NCBI GenBank assembly: GCA_030615145.1
Contig: JAUWZT010000002.1
Span: 1 to 33,319 of the forward strand
Source of the DNA: Promethearchaeota archaeon
Lineage (GTDB): Archaea; Asgardarchaeota; Lokiarchaeia; Sigyniarchaeales; SOKP01
DNA: 33,319 bases
Direction: 5' to 3'
Of this stretch, positions 9,206-17,143 are shown in pieces. The position numbers and the translations under genes are program-made. Each line of letters begins with the position of its first letter. The stretch's first letter is position 1. Below the pieces are notes generated by a model. That model was given only the letters and a program-made list of their open reading frames with translations. It made no database searches and was not told the origin of the DNA.

Positions 9206-10030
9206 ATGGAGAAATTGATAATAACTGCTGCTATATGCGGAGCTGAAGTAACAAAGAACCAGAATCCGAATGTACCTTATACTATTAGAGAAATAGGGAT
9301 CGAAGCTGAGAAAGCATTCTTAGCAGGTGCGAGTATTATACATCTGCATGTAAGAGAAGATGATGGCACCCCCACTCAAGATATAAAACGATTCCAAGCT
9401 TGTATCGATGAAATAAAAAATAGATGTCCCGATGTTATCGTTCAACCTTCAACTGGAGGTGCTATAGGAATGAGTAATGAAGAGAGACTACAACCTATCT
9501 TCATGGAGCCTCCACCCGAAATGGCAACTCTTGATTGTGGTACAATGAATTTTGGTGGCGATGAAATTTTCGTTAATACTGAAAATACTATCATTAATTT
9601 TGCTCAAGAAATGAATTCGCGTGGAATTAAACCAGAACTGGAATGCTTTGATAAGGGTATGATCGACATGGCATTACGACTTAATAGCAAAGGATATATC
9701 AAAGATCCAATGCATTTTAACTTTGTATTAGGCGTCATCGGAGGTATAGCAGCAACACCTCGAGATTTGGTATTTATGATAAACAGTATTCCGAAAAATT
9801 CTACGTTTACCGTGTGTGCTATTGGAAGACATGAATTTCCTATGGTTAATTTATCTATAGTTATGGGTGGCCATGCTAGAGTAGGTTTTGAAGATAACAT
9901 TTATCTTTCTAAAGGTGTACTAGCTAAGTCTAATAGTGAATTAGTCGAAAAAATAGTTAGGATTTCAAAAGAAATAGGTAGAGACATCGCCTCTCCTTAC
10001 CAAGCGAGAAAAATTTTAGGTTTAAATTAA
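9206..10030 (+). CDS. kce: 3-keto-5-aminohexanoate cleavage enzyme (BKACE/DUF849 family)
   Basis: MEKLIITAAICGAEVTK...ASIIHLHVRED (the HxH metal-ligand region) matches the Kce family, and the gene sits in a kdd/kamA/kamDE context. The track ORF starts at TTG 9194. ATG 9206 (MEKLII) is the more likely start. Confidence 0.85.
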   Translation: MEKLIITAAICGAEVTKNQNPNVPYTIREIGIEAEKAFLAGASIIHLHVREDDGTPTQDIKRFQACIDEIKNRCPDVIVQPSTGGAIGMSNEERLQPIFMEPPPEMATLDCGTMNFGGDEIFVNTENTIINFAQEMNSRGIKPELECFDKGMIDMALRLNSKGYIKDPMHFNFVLGVIGGIAATPRDLVFMINSIPKNSTFTVCAIGRHEFPMVNLSIVMGGHARVGFEDNIYLSKGVLAKSNSELVEKIVRISKEIGRDIASPYQARKILGLN

Positions 10031-10060
10031 TCAATACAAATAAAGAAAAATGTTAAGATT

Positions 10061-10768
10061 ATGTATAAAGAATTTGCTGATATTTACGATCTAATTTATT
10101 CGTTTAAGGATTACAAAAAAGAAGTTAAAAAAATTAAGAAGTTGATTAAAAAATACAAAAGTTCGGATGGTAGCGAACTTTTAGATGTAGCTTGCGGTAC
10201 TGGAGAGCATCTAAAATATTTTAAAGATAGTTTTATTTGCACTGGTGTGGATATCAACGAAGGAATACTGAATGTCGCCAAAAATAAAATCAAAGGAGCG
10301 ACTTTCAAACAAGCTGACATGATAAATTTCGATCTAAACAAAAAATTTGATGTAATTTTATCTTTGTTTAGTTCGATTGGATATGTAAAAACTTATGCTA
10401 ATTTAGAAAAAACTATTGTAAACTTTGCGAACCATTTAAAACAAGGTGGAATCTTAATAATAGAGCTATGGTTTACGAAATCTACTTACTGGGTGGGTCT
10501 CCCGAGCATGACAACTTATGATGGAGACGATATTAAGATTGCCAGATTAAATACATCAAAAATAGAGAAGGATCTATCTGTAATGGAAATGCATTATTTG
10601 ATAGTAGAGAAAAATAAGGATGTTAAATATTTCGTAGATAAACATGAATTAGGTTTATTTGAGATTGATAAAACTCTCGAATTCATGGAAAGAGCCGGTC
10701 TGAAAGTAGAGTTTCTAAAAGATGGCTTAATGAAAGAAAGAGGATTGTATGTTGGGGTTAAAACGTAA
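10061..10768 (+). CDS. class I SAM-dependent methyltransferase
   Basis: 235 aa. Motif I LLDVACGTGEH, acidic motif II (GVDINE) and motif III (DVILSLFSSIGY). The overall layout resembles small-molecule or amino-sugar N-methyltransferases. Confidence 0.8.
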   Translation: MYKEFADIYDLIYSFKDYKKEVKKIKKLIKKYKSSDGSELLDVACGTGEHLKYFKDSFICTGVDINEGILNVAKNKIKGATFKQADMINFDLNKKFDVILSLFSSIGYVKTYANLEKTIVNFANHLKQGGILIIELWFTKSTYWVGLPSMTTYDGDDIKIARLNTSKIEKDLSVMEMHYLIVEKNKDVKYFVDKHELGLFEIDKTLEFMERAGLKVEFLKDGLMKERGLYVGVKT

Positions 10769-10857
10769 AAAATTAGAAAAATAATAATTATATTGAATCT
10801 TTACTAAGATCAGATACTATAATAAATAATTTCTAAGGATTAGATGGAGAACTTTAC

Positions 10858-11898
10858 ATGGCAAAAGGTAATAAATACGGAACTCATAGAGTCATTGAAC
10901 CTAAAGGAACGCTTCCTCAACCTGCTTTTAAAATATCCAACGATACGACCATATTCGACAACGAAATATTAATAGATGTCGATTATTTGAATATTGACTC
11001 CGCAAGCTTTACTCAACTTAAAGAAGAAGCGGGAGGAGATATAGAAAAAATAAAAGCTAAAATAATGGAAATTGTTCAAGAAAGGGGAAAAATGCAAAAC
11101 CCCGTTACTGGTTCAGGGGGAATGCTGATGGGGCATGTAGAAAAAATAGGACCAGATCTAACAGGAAAAATCGATTTACACAAAGGAGACAAAATTGCTA
11201 CGTTAGTTTCTCTTTCTTTAACACCACTTAAGATCGAAAAAATTTTAGATATCAAACCAGATATAGATCGAGTTGAAATTGAAGGTAAAGCCATACTTTT
11301 TGAAAGTGGAATTTACGCTAAAATCCCCAAAGATATGGACGATAAATTGGCTTTAGCAGCTCTTGATGTAGCAGGTGCTCCGGCTCAAACAAAAAGAATC
11401 GTTAAACCGGGAAACTCTGTTTTAATACTTGGAGCAACTGGAAAATCTGGATTAATGTGCTCTTTTATAGCAAAAAGTATTGTTGGACCAAACGGTAAAG
11501 TAATAGGACAAGCTAGAAATGAGAAAAGAGCTGAGTTCCTTAAGGATACAGGTTTTTGTCATGAAGTGATTATTGCTGACATCCTTAAACCGCTGGATGT
11601 CTTAGAAAAAACATTTGCTATTAACAATGGAAAAGAAGTTGACATTTCCATTAACTGTCTCAGTATACCTAACACAGAAATGTCAAGTATTTTACCCGTA
11701 AAAGATGGCGGGATCGTATATTTCTTTTCTATGGCTACTAGTTTTACTAAAGCCGCATTAGGTGCTGAGGGCGTCGGAAAAGATGTCACGATGATAATTG
11801 GAAATGGTTATACCAAAGGACATGCTCAAATAGCTTTAGATGAGTTACGAGAGTCTGAAAAATTACGAAAAATATTTGAAGAAAAATATGTAAAATAA
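10858..11898 (+). CDS. kdd: L-erythro-3,5-diaminohexanoate dehydrogenase
   Basis: 346 aa. The N-terminus GNKYGTHRVIEPKGTLPQPAFKISND...ILIDVDYLNIDSASFTQLKEE and RGKMQNPVTGSGGML match my recollection of bacterial Kdd proteins. A nucleotide-binding ILGATGKSG is present. GGAG lies upstream of the ATG. Confidence 0.85.
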   Translation: MAKGNKYGTHRVIEPKGTLPQPAFKISNDTTIFDNEILIDVDYLNIDSASFTQLKEEAGGDIEKIKAKIMEIVQERGKMQNPVTGSGGMLMGHVEKIGPDLTGKIDLHKGDKIATLVSLSLTPLKIEKILDIKPDIDRVEIEGKAILFESGIYAKIPKDMDDKLALAALDVAGAPAQTKRIVKPGNSVLILGATGKSGLMCSFIAKSIVGPNGKVIGQARNEKRAEFLKDTGFCHEVIIADILKPLDVLEKTFAINNGKEVDISINCLSIPNTEMSSILPVKDGGIVYFFSMATSFTKAALGAEGVGKDVTMIIGNGYTKGHAQIALDELRESEKLRKIFEEKYVK

Positions 11899-11939
11899 AT
11901 TGGAATATGAAGATAATTACATAAGTAAAGTGAATTGTT

Positions 11940-13178
11940 ATGAGAGTAAATAGAAGAAAAGAATTATTTAAGGATGTAAGCGACGAAGATTGGAATAATT
12001 GGCGCTGGCAATTTAAGAATAGAATAAACAATTTAGAAGACCTTAAACAATACATTCCACTAACTAAAGAGGAGGACGACCCAGAAATCTTAAAAGAATT
12101 GCGAATGGCAATTACACCTTATTATTTGTCATTAATCGACCCTCACGATCCTTACGATCCTATAAGAAAACAAGCTATCCCTACTATCCATGAATTACAC
12201 ATATCGTCGAGCGATCTTGTAGATCCTCTTCATGAAGATGTTGATTCGCCAGTTCCAGGTCTAACCCATAGATATCCCGATCGCATATTGTTTTTACTTA
12301 CTGAAAATTGTTCGATGTATTGCCGACATTGTACTCGCAAGAGATTTGCTGGTCATCACGATAAAGCGCCACCACAAACACAAATCGATAAATGTATTGA
12401 ATATATACAAGAAACTCCGGCTATAAGAGATGTACTTTTATCTGGAGGTGATGCTTTATTAATTTCTGATAAAAAATTAGAAGATATCCTGGTCAGATTA
12501 AAGGAAATTCCTCACGTAGAAATAATACGACTAGGTTCTCGAACACCCGTAGTTATGCCTCAAAGAATTACTCCTGAACTATGTGAAATGATCAAGAAAT
12601 ATCATCCTATTTGGTTTAATACCCATTTTAATCATTCTAATGAAATAACAGAAGATTCTAAAAGAGCGTGTGAAATGTTAGCAGATGCGGGAGTCCCACT
12701 TGGAAATCAATCGGTGTTATTGAAAGGCGTAAATGATTGTATTCATGTCATGAAAGAATTAGTCCAAGACCTTGTAAAAATTAGAGTAAGACCTTACTAT
12801 ATTTATCAATGCGATCTCTCTGTTGGCCTTGAGCATTTTAGAACTCGCGTTGCTCAAGGTATTGAAATCATTGAGGGATTAAGGGGGCATACTTCGGGCT
12901 TATGCGTTCCCACATTCGTAGTAGATGCTCCAGGGGGTGGAGGTAAGATCCCTGTTATGCCAGATTATACAATCTCTCAGGGAAATAAACGGGTTGTATT
13001 AAGAAATTTTGAGGGTGTTATTACAACATACGAAGAACCAGATGAATATATTCCGGGCTGTCATTGCGAAGATGTTGAACAGCAGATTGGAGTTTCTTCA
13101 TTATTAAGTGGCCAAAAAATAACAATTGAGCCAGATGATTTAGAAAGAAATAAGAGGAAAAGGAAATTAAGTAAATAA
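11940..13178 (+). CDS. kamA: L-lysine 2,3-aminomutase (radical SAM)
   Basis: 412 aa. Radical-SAM CSMYCRHCTRKR (CxxxCxxC), SGGDALL, the PLP-region GNQSVLLKGVND, and the conserved C-terminus RVVLRNFEGVITTYEEP...CHC...LERNKR. Confidence 0.93.
   Translation: MRVNRRKELFKDVSDEDWNNWRWQFKNRINNLEDLKQYIPLTKEEDDPEILKELRMAITPYYLSLIDPHDPYDPIRKQAIPTIHELHISSSDLVDPLHEDVDSPVPGLTHRYPDRILFLLTENCSMYCRHCTRKRFAGHHDKAPPQTQIDKCIEYIQETPAIRDVLLSGGDALLISDKKLEDILVRLKEIPHVEIIRLGSRTPVVMPQRITPELCEMIKKYHPIWFNTHFNHSNEITEDSKRACEMLADAGVPLGNQSVLLKGVNDCIHVMKELVQDLVKIRVRPYYIYQCDLSVGLEHFRTRVAQGIEIIEGLRGHTSGLCVPTFVVDAPGGGGKIPVMPDYTISQGNKRVVLRNFEGVITTYEEPDEYIPGCHCEDVEQQIGVSSLLSGQKITIEPDDLERNKRKRKLSK
12989..13010 (+). repeat. direct repeat copy 1 (inside the kamA 3' region)
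   Basis: acgggttgtAttaagaaatttt matches 14141..14162 at 21 of 22 positions. Confidence 0.7.
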
Positions 13179-13193
13179 AATTTTATGGAAAGT

Positions 13194-13592
13194 CTAAAAT
13201 AATTTTTTTTGGTTTTTCAACAAGGTAATTTTTTCTTGAATGCTTTGGAATTGATTGGATTCACATCTTTTAACCATATCTTTCCATATTACCCTAAATT
13301 GATAAAAATATTCAGAAATTTCAAGTGGATCTCCAAATAATACGTGATATGTTTCAGCAATTTCAATTTTTAAATAAAGTGGTAAAAGTTCAAAAACTTT
13401 AATGTCATAATTATGAGGAATTTTCTCTAACAAGGACAACCAAATTTTAAAATTAGCTTTTTTATCTTTAGTTTTTGTAATTATGGCTACATCTAAATCG
13501 GATCGACTTGAGATAAAATTACCAGAAATGAAACTACCATAGAGAATTGTCCAATAATCATTGCAAATTTCTAAATCTTTTTTAATCTTAAT
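13194..13592 (-). CDS. minimal nucleotidyltransferase (MNT-type antitoxin); start codon uncertain or non-canonical
   Basis: The track ORF (13194..13439, TTG start) continues in frame upstream as KIKKDLEICNDYWTILYGSFISGNFISSRSDLDVAIITKTKDKKANFKIW-LSLLEK. This contains the hG[GS]x9-13DhDh nucleotidyltransferase signature (YGSFISGNFISSRSDLDVAI). There is no ATG/GTG/TTG between that motif and the upstream in-frame TAA (13616..13614). Candidate starts are ATT 13592 and ATA 13613. Confidence 0.6.
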   Translation of the reverse strand: MKIKKDLEICNDYWTILYGSFISGNFISSRSDLDVAIITKTKDKKANFKIWLSLLEKIPHNYDIKVFELLPLYLKIEIAETYHVLFGDPLEISEYFYQFRVIWKDMVKRCESNQFQSIQEKITLLKNQKKLF

Positions 13593-14001
13593 TAGAGAAT
13601 TCGATTTTTTTATTTATTATCACTTCCACTTTTTTTGCTAAAATCATTAAAGTATTTACTACTTCGTTTTTATTTTGGAGCACTAAATCTTCTTCTATCT
13701 TATTGTATTTATGTGCAAGAACATTCCTCAAACCGTTCCATTGATGGAGATTCTTTATGAGATTTGGTGAAAATATAGAAAGTTCATCCAACGCGTCCAA
13801 ATTAGAATAATCATCTTTAACGGTTATACCTAAATCTTTACATAACATAGCAACAACATCCATTGTAGCATCAATTGATATCTGAAGACGATAAAAGAGA
13901 GCATCTAGAAAAAAATAATTTTCATTAATTTTTTCGGGTAAATTAGTAATCTTATCTATGATAAACTCTAATTTTCTTTTATAATAATCCTTGCGATTCA
14001 T
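13588..14001 (-). CDS. HEPN domain protein (DUF86/HepT-like toxin)
   Basis: 137-aa all-helical small protein with the Rx4H HEPN motif (GLRNVLAHKY). It lies immediately upstream of, and overlaps, the MNT reading frame. Confidence 0.75.
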   Translation of the reverse strand: MNRKDYYKRKLEFIIDKITNLPEKINENYFFLDALFYRLQISIDATMDVVAMLCKDLGITVKDDYSNLDALDELSIFSPNLIKNLHQWNGLRNVLAHKYNKIEEDLVLQNKNEVVNTLMILAKKVEVIINKKIEFSN

Positions 14002-14100
14002 TATGTTAATTTTTACATTTCACTCTTTTAATATTTTCTATTTTCATCATAAGGGGTTATTTTTAATACCTCATCTTTCTTAAATTCCTCTAACTATTTA

Positions 14101-14112
14101 TAAATTTAGATA
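14101..14112 (+). promoter_or_regulatory. TAAATTTAGATA box (BRE/TATA-like), copy 1
   Basis: The same exact 12-mer occurs upstream of the NUDIX and OAT genes. Here it lies in the 475-nt gap between the toxin-antitoxin pair and the kamD/E half of the cluster. Confidence 0.25.
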
Positions 14113-14131
14113 CTCTCAATTTTTATTAGGA

Positions 14132-14153
14132 TAACACAACACGGGTTGTGTTA
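14132..14153. other. perfect 9-bp stem / 4-nt loop hairpin
   Basis: taacacaac-acgg-gttgtgtta. The 3' arm and the loop are part of direct repeat copy 2. Confidence 0.6.
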
Positions 14154-14162
14154 AGAAATTTT
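14141..14162 (+). repeat. direct repeat copy 2 (intergenic)
   Basis: acgggttgtGttaagaaatttt. In frame it would read RVVLRNF, the same peptide that copy 1 encodes in kamA. Confidence 0.7.
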
Positions 14163-14476
14163 AAGCAATATCTTTAGTATTCAAATTTTAATTTTTAAAG
14201 CAATATTCCATATTTAATTTTCAAACATTACTCAAATTCTTAATCTTGATTCTAAGGTACCAACTATTTGTTTTTGTTAATTTGGAATATGCTCCTATGG
14301 ATAAAACAAAACCCGTGAAACGCTATGAGGAAGAAGAAATCTCAGAAATTACTCAGAAAAAGTTAAAATAGCAATAGGGAATCTTCAATGATGTAATTTT
14401 AATTAAAAAATCTTATATTTTAAATTTTTTTTAAAAATTAAAATAACATACCCTCTTTTAATAATTTGAAGCACAA

Positions 14477-15529
14477 ATGTTGTCTGCCAACGAGGACTTT
14501 CCTACTCTTTTAATCAACGCCGTAAAGAAGTATAAAGTCATATCAATTATTGGTTTGTCTAAAAATGTGAGCAAAACTACCACATTAAATCACATAATTA
14601 ATTTATTAAGGGATAAGCATACAATTGGAGTCACTTCCATTGGTCGAGATGGAGAACCTTACGATGCGATTACAGAACTTCCAAAACCTAAAATTATAGT
14701 TGAAAAAGAAACAATCTTTGCTACAGCAGAAGATTCTTTAAAGAATAGCGATATAGCGTCCGAACTTATTAAAGGCACTGATTTCACTACGCCACTTGGA
14801 ATTATCAATATATATAAAGCATTAACTAAAGGATATGTTGAATTAGCAGGTCCTTCAATGAATAAACAATTAAAAGACTTATGTAATGAAATGCTAAAAA
14901 CTAGATGTGATGTGATTTTTATTGATGGTGCATTTGATAGGAGATCATTCGCAACTCCCCTTATTTCTGATGCCACAATATTATCCACGGGAGCATCTGT
15001 ATCCAGAAACATGGAGAGGGTTGTCGATCTAACTTCCCATATTTATGATTTATTTAACTTAAAGATAATTAAAGACGATAAAATCAGGAAAATCAGCAAA
15101 GATATCTTACTCACTGCTCAGGTAGGAATTATAAATAATGATTATTCGTCTAATAAATTAGAAGAATCTACGGCTTTAGGTTCGTCTAAAGTAATTTTTG
15201 ACCAATTAACAAAAGACGCTAAATATCTAGTAATAAAAGGAGCGATAACCGATAATATTTTAAATGAATATGTAAACAATAAAAAAATAAAGGATATGAC
15301 TGTAATCGCCACAGATCCTACTAAATTGTTTGTTAGCAAGCAAATATTCTATAAATTTATCAAAAAAGGGGGATGCTTAAAGGTGTTAGATCGTATAAAT
15401 TTAATAGCAATTACGGTTAATCATACTTCACCACTAGGGTATGAATTTAAAAATAACCAGTTCATGAGGTTATTACAAGAGAGAATTGATATTCCTATAT
15501 TCAATCTTGGTCCTTGTGACAACTTATAA
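14477..15529 (+). CDS. P-loop-like NTPase-fold protein of unknown function; candidate aminomutase accessory/reactivase factor
   Basis: 350 aa. Degenerate Walker-A-like VISIIGLSKNVSKTTT and Walker-B-like CDVIFIDGAFDRRS. It is positioned directly upstream of kamD (45-nt gap), where bacterial kam clusters carry accessory genes. Confidence 0.55.
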   Translation: MLSANEDFPTLLINAVKKYKVISIIGLSKNVSKTTTLNHIINLLRDKHTIGVTSIGRDGEPYDAITELPKPKIIVEKETIFATAEDSLKNSDIASELIKGTDFTTPLGIINIYKALTKGYVELAGPSMNKQLKDLCNEMLKTRCDVIFIDGAFDRRSFATPLISDATILSTGASVSRNMERVVDLTSHIYDLFNLKIIKDDKIRKISKDILLTAQVGIINNDYSSNKLEESTALGSSKVIFDQLTKDAKYLVIKGAITDNILNEYVNNKKIKDMTVIATDPTKLFVSKQIFYKFIKKGGCLKVLDRINLIAITVNHTSPLGYEFKNNQFMRLLQERIDIPIFNLGPCDNL

Positions 15530-15574
15530 TTTAAACTATAGATTATTAAACTTATCTTTAGAGATGAAACTCAC

Positions 15575-17143
15575 ATGAATAAATTAAATTTAGATTTTTC
15601 ATTAGTAGAAGGTGCGAGGAAAATAGCGAGTAATATAGCAGATGATACTCAAAAGTTCATTGATAAACACACCACTACTTCAATTGAAAGAACTATCTGT
15701 CGATTATTAGGGATTGATGGAACTGACGAATTTGGAGTTCCTCTACCCAATGTTGTAGTTGATCATATCATAAAAACAGGACAAATAAATAAGGGTGTTG
15801 CATTGTACCTAGGGAATGCGATTATACACAAAAATTTATCACCTCAAAATATCGCAGAAAAAATCAGCCAAGGTCAATTAATCATCACAGATTTTCCAAG
15901 GGGGAGCTTATCTGAGATAAAAGAAGCATTAACATCGATAATACAGAAGAATATAGATATAATTAGACGAAACAAACAAAAAAGAGAAGAATTAATTAAG
16001 AAATACGGAGAAAAAGTTGAACCTCTAATTTATATAATTGTTGCCACAGGGAACATTTTTGAAGATATAATCCAAGCTCAAGCGGCTGCAAGACAAGGTG
16101 CTGATGTCATAGCCGTTATACGCTCTACGGGACAAAGTCTATTAGATTATGTCCCTTATGGTAGCACAACTGAAGGATTTGGAGGGACATATGCAACACA
16201 AGAAAACTTTCATCTCATGAGGTCAGCTTTAGATAAGGTCAGTGAGGAAGAAGGTAGATATATTAGACTTACTAACTATTGTTCAGGACTTTGTATGCCA
16301 GAAATTGCTGCCATGGGAGCATTTGAAAGAGTAGATATGATGTTAAATGACGCATTATATGGGATTTTATTTAGGGACATAAACATGCAAAGAACGATAA
16401 TTGATCAATATTTTTCAAGGATGATAAATGCATATGCTGGAGTGATCATCAATACGGGGGAGGACAATTATCTTACTACTGATGATGCTTATGATGCAGC
16501 TCATACAGTGCTAGCATCACAATTCATTAATGAACAATTTGCGAAATTAGCGGGGTTAAAAGAAGAACAAATGGGTTTAGGTCATGCGTTTGAAATGAAC
16601 CCTGACTTAGAAAATGGATTCGTTTATGAACTTGCACAAGCGCAAATGGCACGAGAAATATTTCCAAATGCTAGTTTGAAATACATGCCCCCGACAAAAT
16701 ATATGACGGGAAACATTTTTAAAGGGCAGGTTCAAGATGCTTTATTCAATATCATTACAATTCTTACAAATCAGAGAATTCACTTACTCGGAATGTTAAC
16801 GGAAGCAATTCACACTCCATTCATGTCAGATCGGGCTTTATCTATTGAAAATGCACGTTATATTTTTAAAAATATGAAAGATTTAGGAAACGAGATCATG
16901 TTTAAAGAAGGAGGGATAATGCAACAACGTGCAAACGAAGTAGTAAATAAAACCCTTGATCTTCTGACTAAGATTGAAAAGGAAGGACTATTTAAGACCA
17001 TTGAGAAAGGGATTTTTGCTGGGATCAAAAGACCGATTGATGGGGGGAAGGGATTGGATGGAGTAATTCATAAAGATAAAGAATATTTTAATCCGTTCTT
17101 GGAATACATGTCAATAGAATTAAACTTGGGAGGCGAAAAATAA
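15575..17143 (+). CDS. kamD: lysine 5,6-aminomutase alpha subunit
   Basis: 522 aa. The N-terminus KLNLDFSLVEGARKIA...KHTTTSIERTICRLLGIDG matches KamD as I recall it. Its stop is directly followed by the kamE ATG (TAAATG). Confidence 0.92.
   Translation: MNKLNLDFSLVEGARKIASNIADDTQKFIDKHTTTSIERTICRLLGIDGTDEFGVPLPNVVVDHIIKTGQINKGVALYLGNAIIHKNLSPQNIAEKISQGQLIITDFPRGSLSEIKEALTSIIQKNIDIIRRNKQKREELIKKYGEKVEPLIYIIVATGNIFEDIIQAQAAARQGADVIAVIRSTGQSLLDYVPYGSTTEGFGGTYATQENFHLMRSALDKVSEEEGRYIRLTNYCSGLCMPEIAAMGAFERVDMMLNDALYGILFRDINMQRTIIDQYFSRMINAYAGVIINTGEDNYLTTDDAYDAAHTVLASQFINEQFAKLAGLKEEQMGLGHAFEMNPDLENGFVYELAQAQMAREIFPNASLKYMPPTKYMTGNIFKGQVQDALFNIITILTNQRIHLLGMLTEAIHTPFMSDRALSIENARYIFKNMKDLGNEIMFKEGGIMQQRANEVVNKTLDLLTKIEKEGLFKTIEKGIFAGIKRPIDGGKGLDGVIHKDKEYFNPFLEYMSIELNLGGEK

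Noticed and set aside
5509-12055. Track ORFs 5509..5700, 7019..7267, 7186..7416, 8371..8559, 8739..8939, 8936..9118, 9604..9900, 10111..10341, 11076..11294, 11559..11789 and 11786..12055.
   Set aside because: All are antisense to, or overlap, longer motif-supported genes (SDR, coiled-coil protein, aminotransferase, kce, methyltransferase, kdd, kamA). None has a recognisable motif or RBS.
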